This document shows positions 27,744-37,503 of a stretch of DNA of 38,067 nt, in pieces. The stretch comes from an uncultured archaeon (lineage in GTDB: Archaea; Asgardarchaeota; Lokiarchaeia; Sigyniarchaeales; SOKP01): NCBI GenBank assembly GCA_964525635.1, contig CAZGJX010000031.1, positions 1 through 38,067 of the forward strand, written 5' to 3'. Every line of letters starts with the position of its first letter. The stretch's first letter is position 1. A model generated the notes under the pieces. The model saw nothing but the letters and a program-made list of their open reading frames with translations. It did no database searches and had not been told where the DNA came from. Position numbers and translations under genes: made by a program.

Positions 27744-29266
27744 TCAATTCCCAATAATTTATTAATTTCACTAATATCAATACTTTTTTCTACTATATGC
27801 GCTATTTTTTCAATATTTTCCTCAATTAAATCATTAAGATTTGTTTTTTCACTTTTAATACTTTTTTTATTTGATTTTGAAATGACATAATCTATGAATC
27901 TGTGGCGAAAAGAATCATTATCCCATAATCCATGTAAATAGGTTCCAATAACATTTCTTTTCTTGTTTATTACACCTATAATTTTATTTTTCTTACTATT
28001 ATTATCTCTTAGTAATTTTAAAAAAGGAATGGCAGTATCTTCTAATTTGACATTTCCCATATGAATTTCATATCCCTTTACAACATTACCTTTAAATATT
28101 GGAAAATTAATAATTTCAGCTTGAATTTGTTTTGTTATTTTATTATATGAAAGAAATTCTGTATGTATTGATAAAAAACCTAAACCATAGTATTTATTTT
28201 CAAAATCTCCTTCTATTTTTTTATCATAAATTGTCTTCCCTAAAATTTGGTATCCTCCACATATACCAAAAATCATATAATTCAATCTTTCTAATTCTTT
28301 TAACTTGGAAAAAAAGCCTTTTTCAATCATCCATTTTAGGTCTTTTATTGTATTTTTGGTTCCAGGGATTATAATAACATCCGCATCAATTAATTTATTT
28401 GGATCATCAACATAAGATAAATTAATATCTTCCTCCCAATGCAATGGTTCAAAATCTGTAAAATTTGAAATTCTTGGCAACCTTATCACTTTAATTTTTA
28501 TACATCCTCTCGAAATATGATTTTCTAAAGATAATGAATCTTCTGAAGGAATCTTTAGATCATCTATATAAGGGATTATTCCAAGACATTTTCTCCCAAT
28601 TAATTTATTAAGTTGTTCCAAACCATTATTGAGTAATTTCGCTTCTCCTCTAAATTTATTAATTATATAAAATTTTATCAGATTTTTTTCCTCGGGGATT
28701 AATAATTTAACTGTCCCGAAAATTGATGCAAATACACCTCCTCTGTCTATATCTGCTATTAATAAGACGGGAGTCTTATATAATTTCGCCACAAACATAT
28801 TAGCAATATCATTATCTCTCAAATTAATTTCTGCTGGACTACCAGCTCCTTCAATAATAACAATATCATATTCTTCTAATAATTTAAGAAGAGCATTTTC
28901 AACATAAGGAATTAATTTAGGAATAAAGTGATGATAATAATTCTTAGGAGCCGTATCCGCGAATGGTTCACCCATTAAGATTATCTGGGAGATTTTATTA
29001 CCCATTGGTTTTAATAAAATAGGATTAAATTCAACAATAGGTAAAGTTTTTGCAGCTATAGCTTGAATCACTTGGGAGCGAGCTATTTCAAACCCATTTC
29101 TTGTAACAAATGAATTTAAAGACATATTTTGAGACTTAAATGGAGCGACTTTATAACCCATATTACGATAAATTCTACATAAGGCAGTTACTAAAAAAGA
29201 TTTACCTGAGTGTGAAGTTGTTCCCTGTATCATTATTGTTTTAGCTTTAATTTTAAAAAGAATCAC
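27740..29266 (-). CDS. cbiP: Cobyric acid synthase
   Basis: IMIQGTTSHSGKS, APFKSQNMSLNS, IEGAGSPAEINL, DIDRGGVFA, PRISNFTDF, GICGGYQ, GYEIH, GTYLHG. Confidence 0.95.
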   Translation of the reverse strand: MILFKIKAKTIMIQGTTSHSGKSFLVTALCRIYRNMGYKVAPFKSQNMSLNSFVTRNGFEIARSQVIQAIAAKTLPIVEFNPILLKPMGNKISQIILMGEPFADTAPKNYYHHFIPKLIPYVENALLKLLEEYDIVIIEGAGSPAEINLRDNDIANMFVAKLYKTPVLLIADIDRGGVFASIFGTVKLLIPEEKNLIKFYIINKFRGEAKLLNNGLEQLNKLIGRKCLGIIPYIDDLKIPSEDSLSLENHISRGCIKIKVIRLPRISNFTDFEPLHWEEDINLSYVDDPNKLIDADVIIIPGTKNTIKDLKWMIEKGFFSKLKELERLNYMIFGICGGYQILGKTIYDKKIEGDFENKYYGLGFLSIHTEFLSYNKITKQIQAEIINFPIFKGNVVKGYEIHMGNVKLEDTAIPFLKLLRDNNSKKNKIIGVINKKRNVIGTYLHGLWDNDSFRHRFIDYVISKSNKKSIKSEKTNLNDLIEENIEKIAHIVEKSIDISEINKLLGIE

Positions 29267-29609
29267 CTTTTTGAGATATAATGTTCTTGCGAATTTTCTT
29301 TAATTTCTCTTTTGGAATCAATTGAATCTCAGAATTTAAATTGGCTAATGCTTCGAGAATTTTTATAGTATTCTTTTTCTTGTGTATAAATTCACATGAG
29401 GAACAAGCCCATATTGTTTTTTTATTGATAGAGCTTACTTTCATAAAGCCTCCTGTATCTATTTCATTGCAAGGATAAAATGGACAATAGCAGAATGTAC
29501 AATCTTCAAGCTCATCATGACAAGGAAAATAATCACAATTGGTATTTTTACCTATAATTTGTTTCTTTTTGATAATACTATTAAGTAAATGTTTTGCTTT
29601 ATCGTTCAT
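29253..29609 (-). CDS. Cysteine-rich small-domain protein associated with cobalamin genes
   Basis: CDYFPCH...DCTFCYCPFYPC...WACSSCEFIH. Confidence 0.82.
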   Translation of the reverse strand: MNDKAKHLLNSIIKKKQIIGKNTNCDYFPCHDELEDCTFCYCPFYPCNEIDTGGFMKVSSINKKTIWACSSCEFIHKKKNTIKILEALANLNSEIQLIPKEKLKKIRKNIISQKGDSF

Positions 29610-29623
29610 TTTTGAAAACTATT

Positions 29624-30736
29624 TCATGTAATTATTTTTTGTATAGAATTTAATAGTTTGATATTTAGATCTCTTGTTTTGATATTTATTCTTGCATAAT
29701 ATTCATCTAAACCTAGAAAATTTGAGCAATCCCTGATTAATATTCCCTCTTCTAACAAATATCTTTTTAATTCTGAAGCTTTTAATCCTGTTTTTTTTAA
29801 ATTCATTAAAATAAAATTACAATTAGTTGGATATATTTTCAAATTAGGGATTTGATTTAATTTTGAAGATACAAATTTAATCTCTTTAGAAAAGAAAGTA
29901 ATTGAATTATGAACAAATTTCTTTAATTTTAAAACATTCTTTGCTATATTTTGAGCTATTGAATTTACAGACCAAAGATTCTGAAATTTAGTTAAAAATT
30001 TAATTATTTCTGGAGAACTTACAGCATATCCAATTCTCAAACCTGCAAGACCAAAAAATTTCGTAAAAGTTCTTGATATAAATAAATTATCAAAATGATT
30101 AATATATGAAAGGAATGAATTTGATTCTCCTGTAAAATCAATAAAAGCTTCATCTAAAAAAACAAGTATTCCATTATAAGATGCATTTTTAATTATATTC
30201 AAGAGTTCATTGGGATTATCTAAAAAACCATTTGGATTATTGGGATTACATATAAATATTATTTTAGTTTTTGACGTTATTTTTTCTAATAAAGTATTGC
30301 TATTAATTTGAAACTCATCTTTTGGACTTCTATACACATTGATTATTTTTCCTTTATTTTTTTTTACTACCCAAGCATATTCTGAAAATGTGGGTTGGCT
30401 GATAATAATCTCATCATTCACTCTTATAAAACTCTCACAAAATATAGAAATTAAATCCATCGATCCAGCACCTACAATTAAATTATTAATATTAATCTTG
30501 TTACAAAAATAATTTATTAATTCTTTTCGCAATTCCGTTGAATAGCTATCTGGATATTTATCAATATCACACATTGAATCTATATATGATTGCTTAAATA
30601 GATCAAATGAAAAAAATGGATTTATATTAGTGCTAAAATCAAGAATATGATTAGAAGATTTTAAATTATAAATTTCACCCCCATGGTGTTTATGAGTAAA
30701 TGTAATTCTATCATTCATTAGCTTTTTTATATTCAT
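29624..30736 (-). CDS. cobD: L-threonine-O-3-phosphate decarboxylase (PLP-dependent)
   Basis: HGG, LDFSTNINP, PTFSEY, CNPNNPNG, DEAFIDF, RTFTKFFGLAGLRIGY, ILIRDCSNF. Confidence 0.88.
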   Translation of the reverse strand: MNIKKLMNDRITFTHKHHGGEIYNLKSSNHILDFSTNINPFFSFDLFKQSYIDSMCDIDKYPDSYSTELRKELINYFCNKININNLIVGAGSMDLISIFCESFIRVNDEIIISQPTFSEYAWVVKKNKGKIINVYRSPKDEFQINSNTLLEKITSKTKIIFICNPNNPNGFLDNPNELLNIIKNASYNGILVFLDEAFIDFTGESNSFLSYINHFDNLFISRTFTKFFGLAGLRIGYAVSSPEIIKFLTKFQNLWSVNSIAQNIAKNVLKLKKFVHNSITFFSKEIKFVSSKLNQIPNLKIYPTNCNFILMNLKKTGLKASELKRYLLEEGILIRDCSNFLGLDEYYARINIKTRDLNIKLLNSIQKIIT

Positions 30737-30737
30737 A

Positions 30738-31991
30738 TTAATCTTGGTTTATTTGAAGAATTTTAAATAATTCTTTTATACTAAATACAGTTCTCACATT
30801 ATCCTTTCCTTTCAATTTTTTATATATTTTAGTTGCTAAACCACCTGTATAATCTCGTTTATCGATTGGATCTTTTTCAAAAATAATTATATTTCGATCT
30901 ATACTTCCTAAAATCTTGAGATTAGGCAGATTTCCATTACCAAAAGGAATATTAGCTAAAATTATATGATCAGCATTAAATAATTTATTTTCTAATTCTA
31001 ATCTTGATTTTTTTGATATTGAGGAAAATGGCGATTCTGAAATTATTGTATATTCTAATTCTTTTGCTAAAGTATAGTCATCATCTAATATACTAATAAT
31101 TCCTACAGATACTTCATAATCTTTTATATTAATTAGAATTTCTGAGCCTAAACCTCCACCACATATTACATGAATCTTTTTTAGTTTTTTTTGGTTTTTT
31201 ATATTTTTATAAACTAATTTATTAATTTTTAAAGGAGTAATATATAGAGAGTTCGTAAAAATATTTTTTTTAATTACAGCATCAATTCCATAAGTTTTTT
31301 GAATATTTTGTTTTGTTAAAACATTTAGAGTTTCACCAAAATCTACAATTTTACCATGATTCATTAGTATTATTTTATCACAATATTGAGCTGCTATATT
31401 TAGATCATGTAGAACTACTATTACAATTACACCTTTATTTACATAGTTCCTAAACAAATTCATAAATTCTAGTTGATAATTTATATCTAAATGAGAAGTG
31501 GGTTCATCTAGCATTAGGATCCTTGCCTTTTGAGCAATAGCTCTAGCAATTATTACCTTTTGTTGTTCTCCGCCACTCAAAGTATTAAATATCCTATTTT
31601 TTAAATTGGTTAATTTAAATTGTTCTATAACATCATTTACGATTTTTTTATCTTCTCTTGTTTCATTTGAAAAACGACTAATAGAAGCATATCTCCCCAT
31701 TTTTATTATTTCACTTACTTTAAAATCAAATTCTATATAATTTGTTTGATTTACTAATGCTAAGCGTTTAGCAACATCGCGAATGGAAAATTTTTGTAGA
31801 TTAATTTCGTCAACATATATATCACCAAAATTTTTTTTTAAAATACCAATCATAAGTTTTAATAATGTAGTTTTTCCCGAACCATTTGGGCCTATTATCC
31901 CATATAAACATCCTCTTTCAAATTTAAGAGAAATATCATCAATAATTAGTTTAGTTTTATAATAAAACTTGAGATGTTTACATGATATCAT
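30738..31991 (-). CDS. btuD: Cobalamin ABC transporter ATPase with C-terminal extension
   Basis: GPNGSGKTT, LSGGEQQ, DEPTSHLD, LHDLN; extra ~150 aa beginning IHVICGGG. Confidence 0.88.
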   Translation of the reverse strand: MISCKHLKFYYKTKLIIDDISLKFERGCLYGIIGPNGSGKTTLLKLMIGILKKNFGDIYVDEINLQKFSIRDVAKRLALVNQTNYIEFDFKVSEIIKMGRYASISRFSNETREDKKIVNDVIEQFKLTNLKNRIFNTLSGGEQQKVIIARAIAQKARILMLDEPTSHLDINYQLEFMNLFRNYVNKGVIVIVVLHDLNIAAQYCDKIILMNHGKIVDFGETLNVLTKQNIQKTYGIDAVIKKNIFTNSLYITPLKINKLVYKNIKNQKKLKKIHVICGGGLGSEILINIKDYEVSVGIISILDDDYTLAKELEYTIISESPFSSISKKSRLELENKLFNADHIILANIPFGNGNLPNLKILGSIDRNIIIFEKDPIDKRDYTGGLATKIYKKLKGKDNVRTVFSIKELFKILQINQD

Positions 31992-32034
31992 TATCTTTTT
32001 ATCACTTTTTTTTTAATTTTGGAAAAATTGAAGA

Positions 32035-33117
32035 TTACAAGAATTCTCCTGATTTTTTTTTTTTAATAATTAGATATATAAAAAATGGGCCCCCTAATAA
32101 AGAGGTTAATATTCCAACAGGCAGTTCTAAGGGAGTAACAATCGTTCTTGCTATAAGATCCGCCCACACTAACAATATTGATCCTCCAAATGTTGAAAAT
32201 ATTAATAATCGTTTATTATCATTTCCAATTAATATTCTCATGAGATGTGGAATCATTAAACCCACAAATCCAATACTTCCACAAAAAGCTACTGTAGTTG
32301 AAGATAAAAGTGTCATTAAAACTAACATAATTCTCTTTGAATTCTCAACATTTACTCCTATTGATTGCGCTGTGGAATCTCCTAAAACCATAGCATTAAG
32401 ATCTCTACTATAAAAAAGTAATATAGTAAATCCATTTAAAAATAATAAAAAAAGGATACTAAATTCTGCCCAATTAGCACCCCAGAAACTGCCCATAAGA
32501 TAGATTAAAATGAAATGTGAATGTTCTTCTGTAAAATATAAGATAAAACTTGTAAAAGCTGAAAAGAAAAAAGATATTGCAATTCCAGATAAGAGTAATA
32601 CTGACATTGATAAGTGATATCTTGTTTTTGATAAATTGTATATGATAATTATAGCTAAGCATGAAAAAAGAAAGGATACAATTGGTAAAGTAAAAATACT
32701 TAAAAGTCCTGATAATCCCAATACTATACATAACGCTGTTCCAAAACTTGCTGATGAGGATATGCCAATAATATATGGATCTACAATTGGATTCCGAAAA
32801 AGTCCTTGTGCTATAACTCCGGAAATTGCTAAAGTAGCTCCAACAACAACAGCTAATAATACTCTTGGTAAGCGTAAATATATTATAATATTCTCTTCTC
32901 CATCACTCCAAATTTTTTCAACATTAAATCCAATATTTTCTAATAAAATTCCCCATATTTTTTCAAAATTGATATAAACACTACCTATACATGTTGCAAA
33001 AATAATACTGAATAATAGTAAGGGAACAAATAGAAAAATAAATAAAAAATATAGAGATTTCTTTGATTCTATATTTTTCATTAAGTTTCTCATATCCATT
33101 TGGTTAAAATTTTTCAT
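32035..33117 (-). CDS. btuC: Cobalamin ABC transporter permease
   Basis: LRLPRV, QGLFRNP, GDSTAQSIGV, IGFVGLMIPH, LPVGILTSLLGGPFF; cob cluster context. Confidence 0.88.
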   Translation of the reverse strand: MKNFNQMDMRNLMKNIESKKSLYFLFIFLFVPLLLFSIIFATCIGSVYINFEKIWGILLENIGFNVEKIWSDGEENIIIYLRLPRVLLAVVVGATLAISGVIAQGLFRNPIVDPYIIGISSSASFGTALCIVLGLSGLLSIFTLPIVSFLFSCLAIIIIYNLSKTRYHLSMSVLLLSGIAISFFFSAFTSFILYFTEEHSHFILIYLMGSFWGANWAEFSILFLLFLNGFTILLFYSRDLNAMVLGDSTAQSIGVNVENSKRIMLVLMTLLSSTTVAFCGSIGFVGLMIPHLMRILIGNDNKRLLIFSTFGGSILLVWADLIARTIVTPLELPVGILTSLLGGPFFIYLIIKKKKSGEFL

Positions 33118-34055
33118 GTAAATAATGTAGGATATAAATAGCGAGTCATATTATCCAATGCATTTGTTATTCTTGGACCTGGTCTTAAATAAATATCATC
33201 AAAACATTGATATACACGACTATTTATACAAGCATTTACTACATTATATCCCGTTCTATCACAAATATTTTGAGAATACCAAGGAGCACTATGTTCTGTG
33301 ATAAAAATTACATCAGGGTCACTACTTATCACAGCTTCATGACTTATTGTAGGATATTCCAAATTTAAATTCCCAAAAATATTTATAGCTCCAGCTTTAG
33401 AAATCATATCATTTATAAATGATTTTGACCCAACAACCATTGGTGTCTCCCAAATCTCAAAATAACAATCAATAATCTGAGTATAATTAAGTGTAGCTGT
33501 TTTATTCGTCAAACCTTCCATTTCAAAAGTCATATTTCCCATTAAATACATACCATTTTGATGAGCATTTGCCAAATTTGCAATTATACCCATATTCTCT
33601 ATAATTTCATTTAAGGTTTTCGCTAAAATTATCACTATAGCATATCCTTGACTTTCAAGTAATGATACTATTTCTGCGTTCCAAGATGCTGTAATTATAA
33701 GGTCAGGATTTAAACTCGCAATAATTTCAAGGTTTGGAGTTGAAAATCCACCAATACTAGCAATTTCTGCAACTTCAACTGGATAATTACAGTAATCTGT
33801 ACACCCAACTAATTTTTCCTCAACTCCTAATGCATAGATAGCCTCAGTTATGGAAGGTGACATGGATATAATTCTTTGAGGATCATCTGGAACATAAACT
33901 TGTCTATTCATAGTATCAATGAATAAATGTGAATTTGATATTGTTTTTTCTTCAGAAATTATATTCATTATTAATATACCCATTCCAAAAGTGCTTCCTG
34001 ATATAATTATTGTTAATATTACTAAAATTGTTATTTTATTTCTTCCTTCTGTCAT
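33114..34055 (-). CDS. btuF: Cobalamin ABC transporter substrate-binding protein
   Basis: PQRIISMSPSITE, LVGCTDYCNYP, IGGFSTPNLE, RPGPRI; TM anchor. Confidence 0.88.
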   Translation of the reverse strand: MTEGRNKITILVILTIIISGSTFGMGILIMNIISEEKTISNSHLFIDTMNRQVYVPDDPQRIISMSPSITEAIYALGVEEKLVGCTDYCNYPVEVAEIASIGGFSTPNLEIIASLNPDLIITASWNAEIVSLLESQGYAIVIILAKTLNEIIENMGIIANLANAHQNGMYLMGNMTFEMEGLTNKTATLNYTQIIDCYFEIWETPMVVGSKSFINDMISKAGAINIFGNLNLEYPTISHEAVISSDPDVIFITEHSAPWYSQNICDRTGYNVVNACINSRVYQCFDDIYLRPGPRITNALDNMTRYLYPTLFT

Positions 34056-34088
34056 TTTTTATTTTAATTATGTTATTTTAAAATATAG

Positions 34089-34112
34089 AGAATAGGTCAG
34101 ATTTCCTATTCT
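34089..34112. promoter_or_regulatory. Candidate cobalamin-regulon operator, site 1
   Basis: Perfect inverted repeat AGAATAGG-N8-CCTATTCT, 33 nt upstream of the btuF start. Confidence 0.6.
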
Positions 34113-34256
34113 GATAATGTATATAATTCTTTTTTTAATATAAAGGTTACCCAAGATCTAGCCCTATCTTATTGTGTGGATAATAATATTATGAAAAAAT
34201 AGAATTTATTTAGATCGCTAATAAGATATTTTAAATAGAGATTATTATGTATATTC

Positions 34257-34274
34257 ATAGGCTATCTTTCCTAT
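34257..34274. promoter_or_regulatory. Candidate cobalamin-regulon operator, site 2
   Basis: ATAGG-N8-CCTAT, same core and spacing as site 1, 47 nt upstream of the cobT start. Confidence 0.55.
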
Positions 34275-34321
34275 TTCTCATTAAATTGATTAAAAATTAG
34301 AAAATAGAAAATTGAATAATC

Positions 34322-35419
34322 ATGCAAGATATTATCAAAATAGGTTACAAAGATAAAATAGAAGATTTTATTTTAAAGATCAGGGATAAAATACCTCTTT
34401 TTATTTGTATTCTTGGAAATACTGAAACGGCAAAAATCCCCGGTATTTCAGCTGCGGGTGCAAATTCAGAAATTACTGATTACACGCCAGCAGCTGATAT
34501 GGAATATATATTATACAATGAATGTAGATGTATTGAAGGAATTCCTCTTACTCCAAATGGTATTCCTACACCCGCAATAATAACAAAAGCAGTTTTAGAT
34601 CTTTCGGATATTCCTTTTTTAATTGGAATAGGTGGTATAAATGTATATCCAAATGCGCCCTATATTAAATTTGGAGGAAAAGGGGGAAATAATATTTCAA
34701 ATGGTAATGCTGTTGATAATCCAATAGAGATTTTTGAAAATGCAAGGATATTTGGGAATTCAATATCTAAACTAACTGATTATATAGTAGTTGGAGAAAG
34801 TATAGCAGGAGGAACTACCACTGCTTTAGGAGTTTTAACTGCTATGGGATATAATGCAATGAATAAAATAAGTAGTAGTTTAAAAATAAATCCAATTAAA
34901 TTAAAAAAAAAAATAATCAATGAAGGTTTTAAAAAAAAAAATCTAATTAAAGGAGACTTAAAAAATAAACCATTTAAGGCAATTGAGTTCTTTGGAGATC
35001 CAATGCAACCTGCTCTTTTAGGATTAATCATTGGCGTAGCAAAAGAAAAACCGGTTCTATTGGCAGGGGGAACACAAATGACAGCTATATTAGCTCTAAT
35101 AAAATCAATAAACTCAGAAATTTTAAAAAATATTGCAATTGGCACAACCAGATGGATACTTTCAGATAAAGAATCGGATATCAAGGGTATCATTGACCAA
35201 ATCAATCCAAAAATACCAATCCTTGGAGCCAATCTTAATTTTTCAGGAATGAATTATGATGGATTAAAAGCATATGAACAAGGAGCTGTAAAAGAAGGAG
35301 TAGGTGCAGGAGGAATTGTTGTTTCTAGTATATTATCTAAAATCAACCAATTGAATATAAAGAAAATCCAAAAAAAAATAAATAATAATTATCATAATTT
35401 AATAAAAAAACTTTTATAA
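34322..35419 (+). CDS. cobT: Archaeal-type nicotinate-nucleotide:base phosphoribosyltransferase
   Basis: TETAKIPGISAAGA, PTPAIIT, GESIAGGTTTA, GDPMQP, LAGGTQM, VKEGVGAGG. Confidence 0.92.
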   Translation: MQDIIKIGYKDKIEDFILKIRDKIPLFICILGNTETAKIPGISAAGANSEITDYTPAADMEYILYNECRCIEGIPLTPNGIPTPAIITKAVLDLSDIPFLIGIGGINVYPNAPYIKFGGKGGNNISNGNAVDNPIEIFENARIFGNSISKLTDYIVVGESIAGGTTTALGVLTAMGYNAMNKISSSLKINPIKLKKKIINEGFKKKNLIKGDLKNKPFKAIEFFGDPMQPALLGLIIGVAKEKPVLLAGGTQMTAILALIKSINSEILKNIAIGTTRWILSDKESDIKGIIDQINPKIPILGANLNFSGMNYDGLKAYEQGAVKEGVGAGGIVVSSILSKINQLNIKKIQKKINNNYHNLIKKLL

Positions 35420-36574
35420 CTCTTAGAATCACGAGCTAAGAAAATAATTATTGTGAATTTAGATAATTTTAATAGAATATTAACTAAATCATGTTTTTTT
35501 GATAATATTATTTTTGATAAATAAATTTTTTCATGGAATAAAAGGGTTTTTTAATGGAAATAGAACGTGAAAAGGGTATAACAGTAAGTTCTTAATTATT
35601 TTAATCAAATCCATATTTTTGGTATTTTTATTAACCAGTTTCAGAATATAGAAAGAAATAAGTTAATTATTTTCGAATAAGATTATAACTTTATAATTAA
35701 TAAATAAATGATTTGGTATATTATATTCCAATATTCTATATTCTAAATTAAAATTTCACTTTTTGTCCAGATCTATTTATATTACGAGTCCAACTTATAT
35801 TATTTAAGACATAAGTTAATAATAGAGAGAGACATCGTTCAATGAGTTCCATATCAAATAGATCAATGTTTAATAGGAAGCAAAATTCAGTTCAATTAAA
35901 AAATCATGATAAAATAGATTTCTCCAAGATTTTAATACCATTTAGCTATTTTTCCATCAATAATCTGGAAAGCTTATATATCTATAAAAATAAAAAATAT
36001 ACAGAAATTTTAAGAAAAGAAATCGAAAAATCTTTGTAAATTTTCTTAATATATTTAAATTACTCTCTTTATACTATAAAAAGAGATATGTGATATGTTG
36101 CAATTATTTATTTTATAAAAATAATATCATTTAATCATAATAATTTCCATTTTTATTCATAAAAGGGAGTTATTTGATTCATAATTTCAAGACAGAAGAA
36201 TTTTATAATTTATATCAATGGAATTTTATGAAGAAAAACAATCAAATTATAGAATGTTGTCTAATCTATTTAAAAATCATCTAATCTATATGATTATTTT
36301 AAAAGAATGCATTCAAAATAATTGAAAATATAGCGTGAAACAGTTAGCCTAATTATACAAATACTCAACATCATATTTCAAAATACTTAAAAATTTTATA
36401 AAATCTATTTTTGCTATTTCTAAATTCAATCTCAAAGTCATGTTTTCTATATTTTCAAGGCTAAATTATAGCTAATTATGCTCTAAAAAAAGATTTTTTT
36501 AAAATATATAAGAATTGAGAAAAAGATAATCTTTTCTGAAAAAGCATAAATATTCGGAAATATATATTATTATT

Positions 36575-36835
36575 ATGACAATTCAAGATAAATCAATTGT
36601 AGGAAAAAAAGGAGAAATCTTACCTAAGAAACCTTTAAGAGACTTTGCAGGAATAGCTCCGGGTGATGAAGTTATGATTGAAGCTTTTGAAGGAGAATTA
36701 ATTGTAAGAAAAATATATACTATAGAAGAAGCATTATCAATGCCAACTATATGTTCTGGAACAGTAGAAAGTATAGAAGAAGATATTGAAAAAGAAGGAT
36801 TATTACAGGAGAACATTACTAATGACGAACTCTAA
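36575..36835 (+). CDS. AbrB/MazE-family antitoxin
   Basis: VGKKGEILPKKPLRDFAGIAPGDEV...GELIVRK; acidic C-terminus; overlaps the PIN gene. Confidence 0.82.
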   Translation: MTIQDKSIVGKKGEILPKKPLRDFAGIAPGDEVMIEAFEGELIVRKIYTIEEALSMPTICSGTVESIEEDIEKEGLLQENITNDEL

Positions 36836-37307
36836 ATCACTTGTTATTGATACTACTTTTATTCTGCCAATATTTGGAATTAGAATTGATATCTTTAAAG
36901 ATTTAGAATCAAAACTTAAATTATTATGGAATAATAAAATAAAAGGATATGATATTTATTTACCTTCAATATGTTTAGTAGAAACAATTTACAAATTACT
37001 TAATGAATATAAGAAATATAATGACTATAAAATTCTGGATAGATATCAGAAAATTCTTCCTACAGTACTTAACCTTCCTATAAAAATATTTAATTGTGAG
37101 TTAAATCCTAAAGCAAGTATGATTGCTTCAATTATAAGGCACTCCGGGCATCCTGATTTTATGGATGGTTGGATTGCAGGTACTGCAGTTTCTCTAAATG
37201 GAATTTTATTAAGTGAAGATATAGAATTAAAAAAAAAGCTCATGGAAATTCCTGAAACTAAAAATCTTATTTTATTATCTTGGAATGAATTATTAAAAAA
37301 AATATAA
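36822..37307 (+). CDS. PIN-domain toxin
   Basis: VIDTTFILP, ICLVE, GHPDFMDGWIAGTA, LLSED. Start moved to ATG 36822, which has GGAG at 36808-36811. Confidence 0.82.
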   Translation: MTNSKSLVIDTTFILPIFGIRIDIFKDLESKLKLLWNNKIKGYDIYLPSICLVETIYKLLNEYKKYNDYKILDRYQKILPTVLNLPIKIFNCELNPKASMIASIIRHSGHPDFMDGWIAGTAVSLNGILLSEDIELKKKLMEIPETKNLILLSWNELLKKI

Positions 37308-37503
37308 CAATAATAGGGGAATGCAATTCTTATACCAAAATTGATATTTAAAAAAGGTCTTTTAGATCATCATATATTGTAAATAAAGGTCATCATCGTG
37401 AAATAACTGAATTTGTTTAATTGTTTAGAATTAAAACATTATTAAACAAAAAAACTTATATTAAATTTAATTAATTCAGTATCTCAAATTTTCGAGTTTT
37501 ATA

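Noticed and set aside
35420-36574. Genes or ncRNA in the long AT-rich gap, including ORF 35842-36039
   Set aside because: Only short low-complexity frames; no recognisable family, RNA structure or repeat.
1288-37243. Short ORFs overlapping larger genes (e.g. 1288-1476, 2413-2631, 5955-6233, 7156-7377, 10544-10777, 13154-13411, 15723-15920, 20843-21031, 26134-26343, 31982-32413, 32636-32977, 34780-35232, 36583-36816, 37046-37243)
   Set aside because: Antisense or alternate-frame shadows of well-supported genes, with no motifs of their own.
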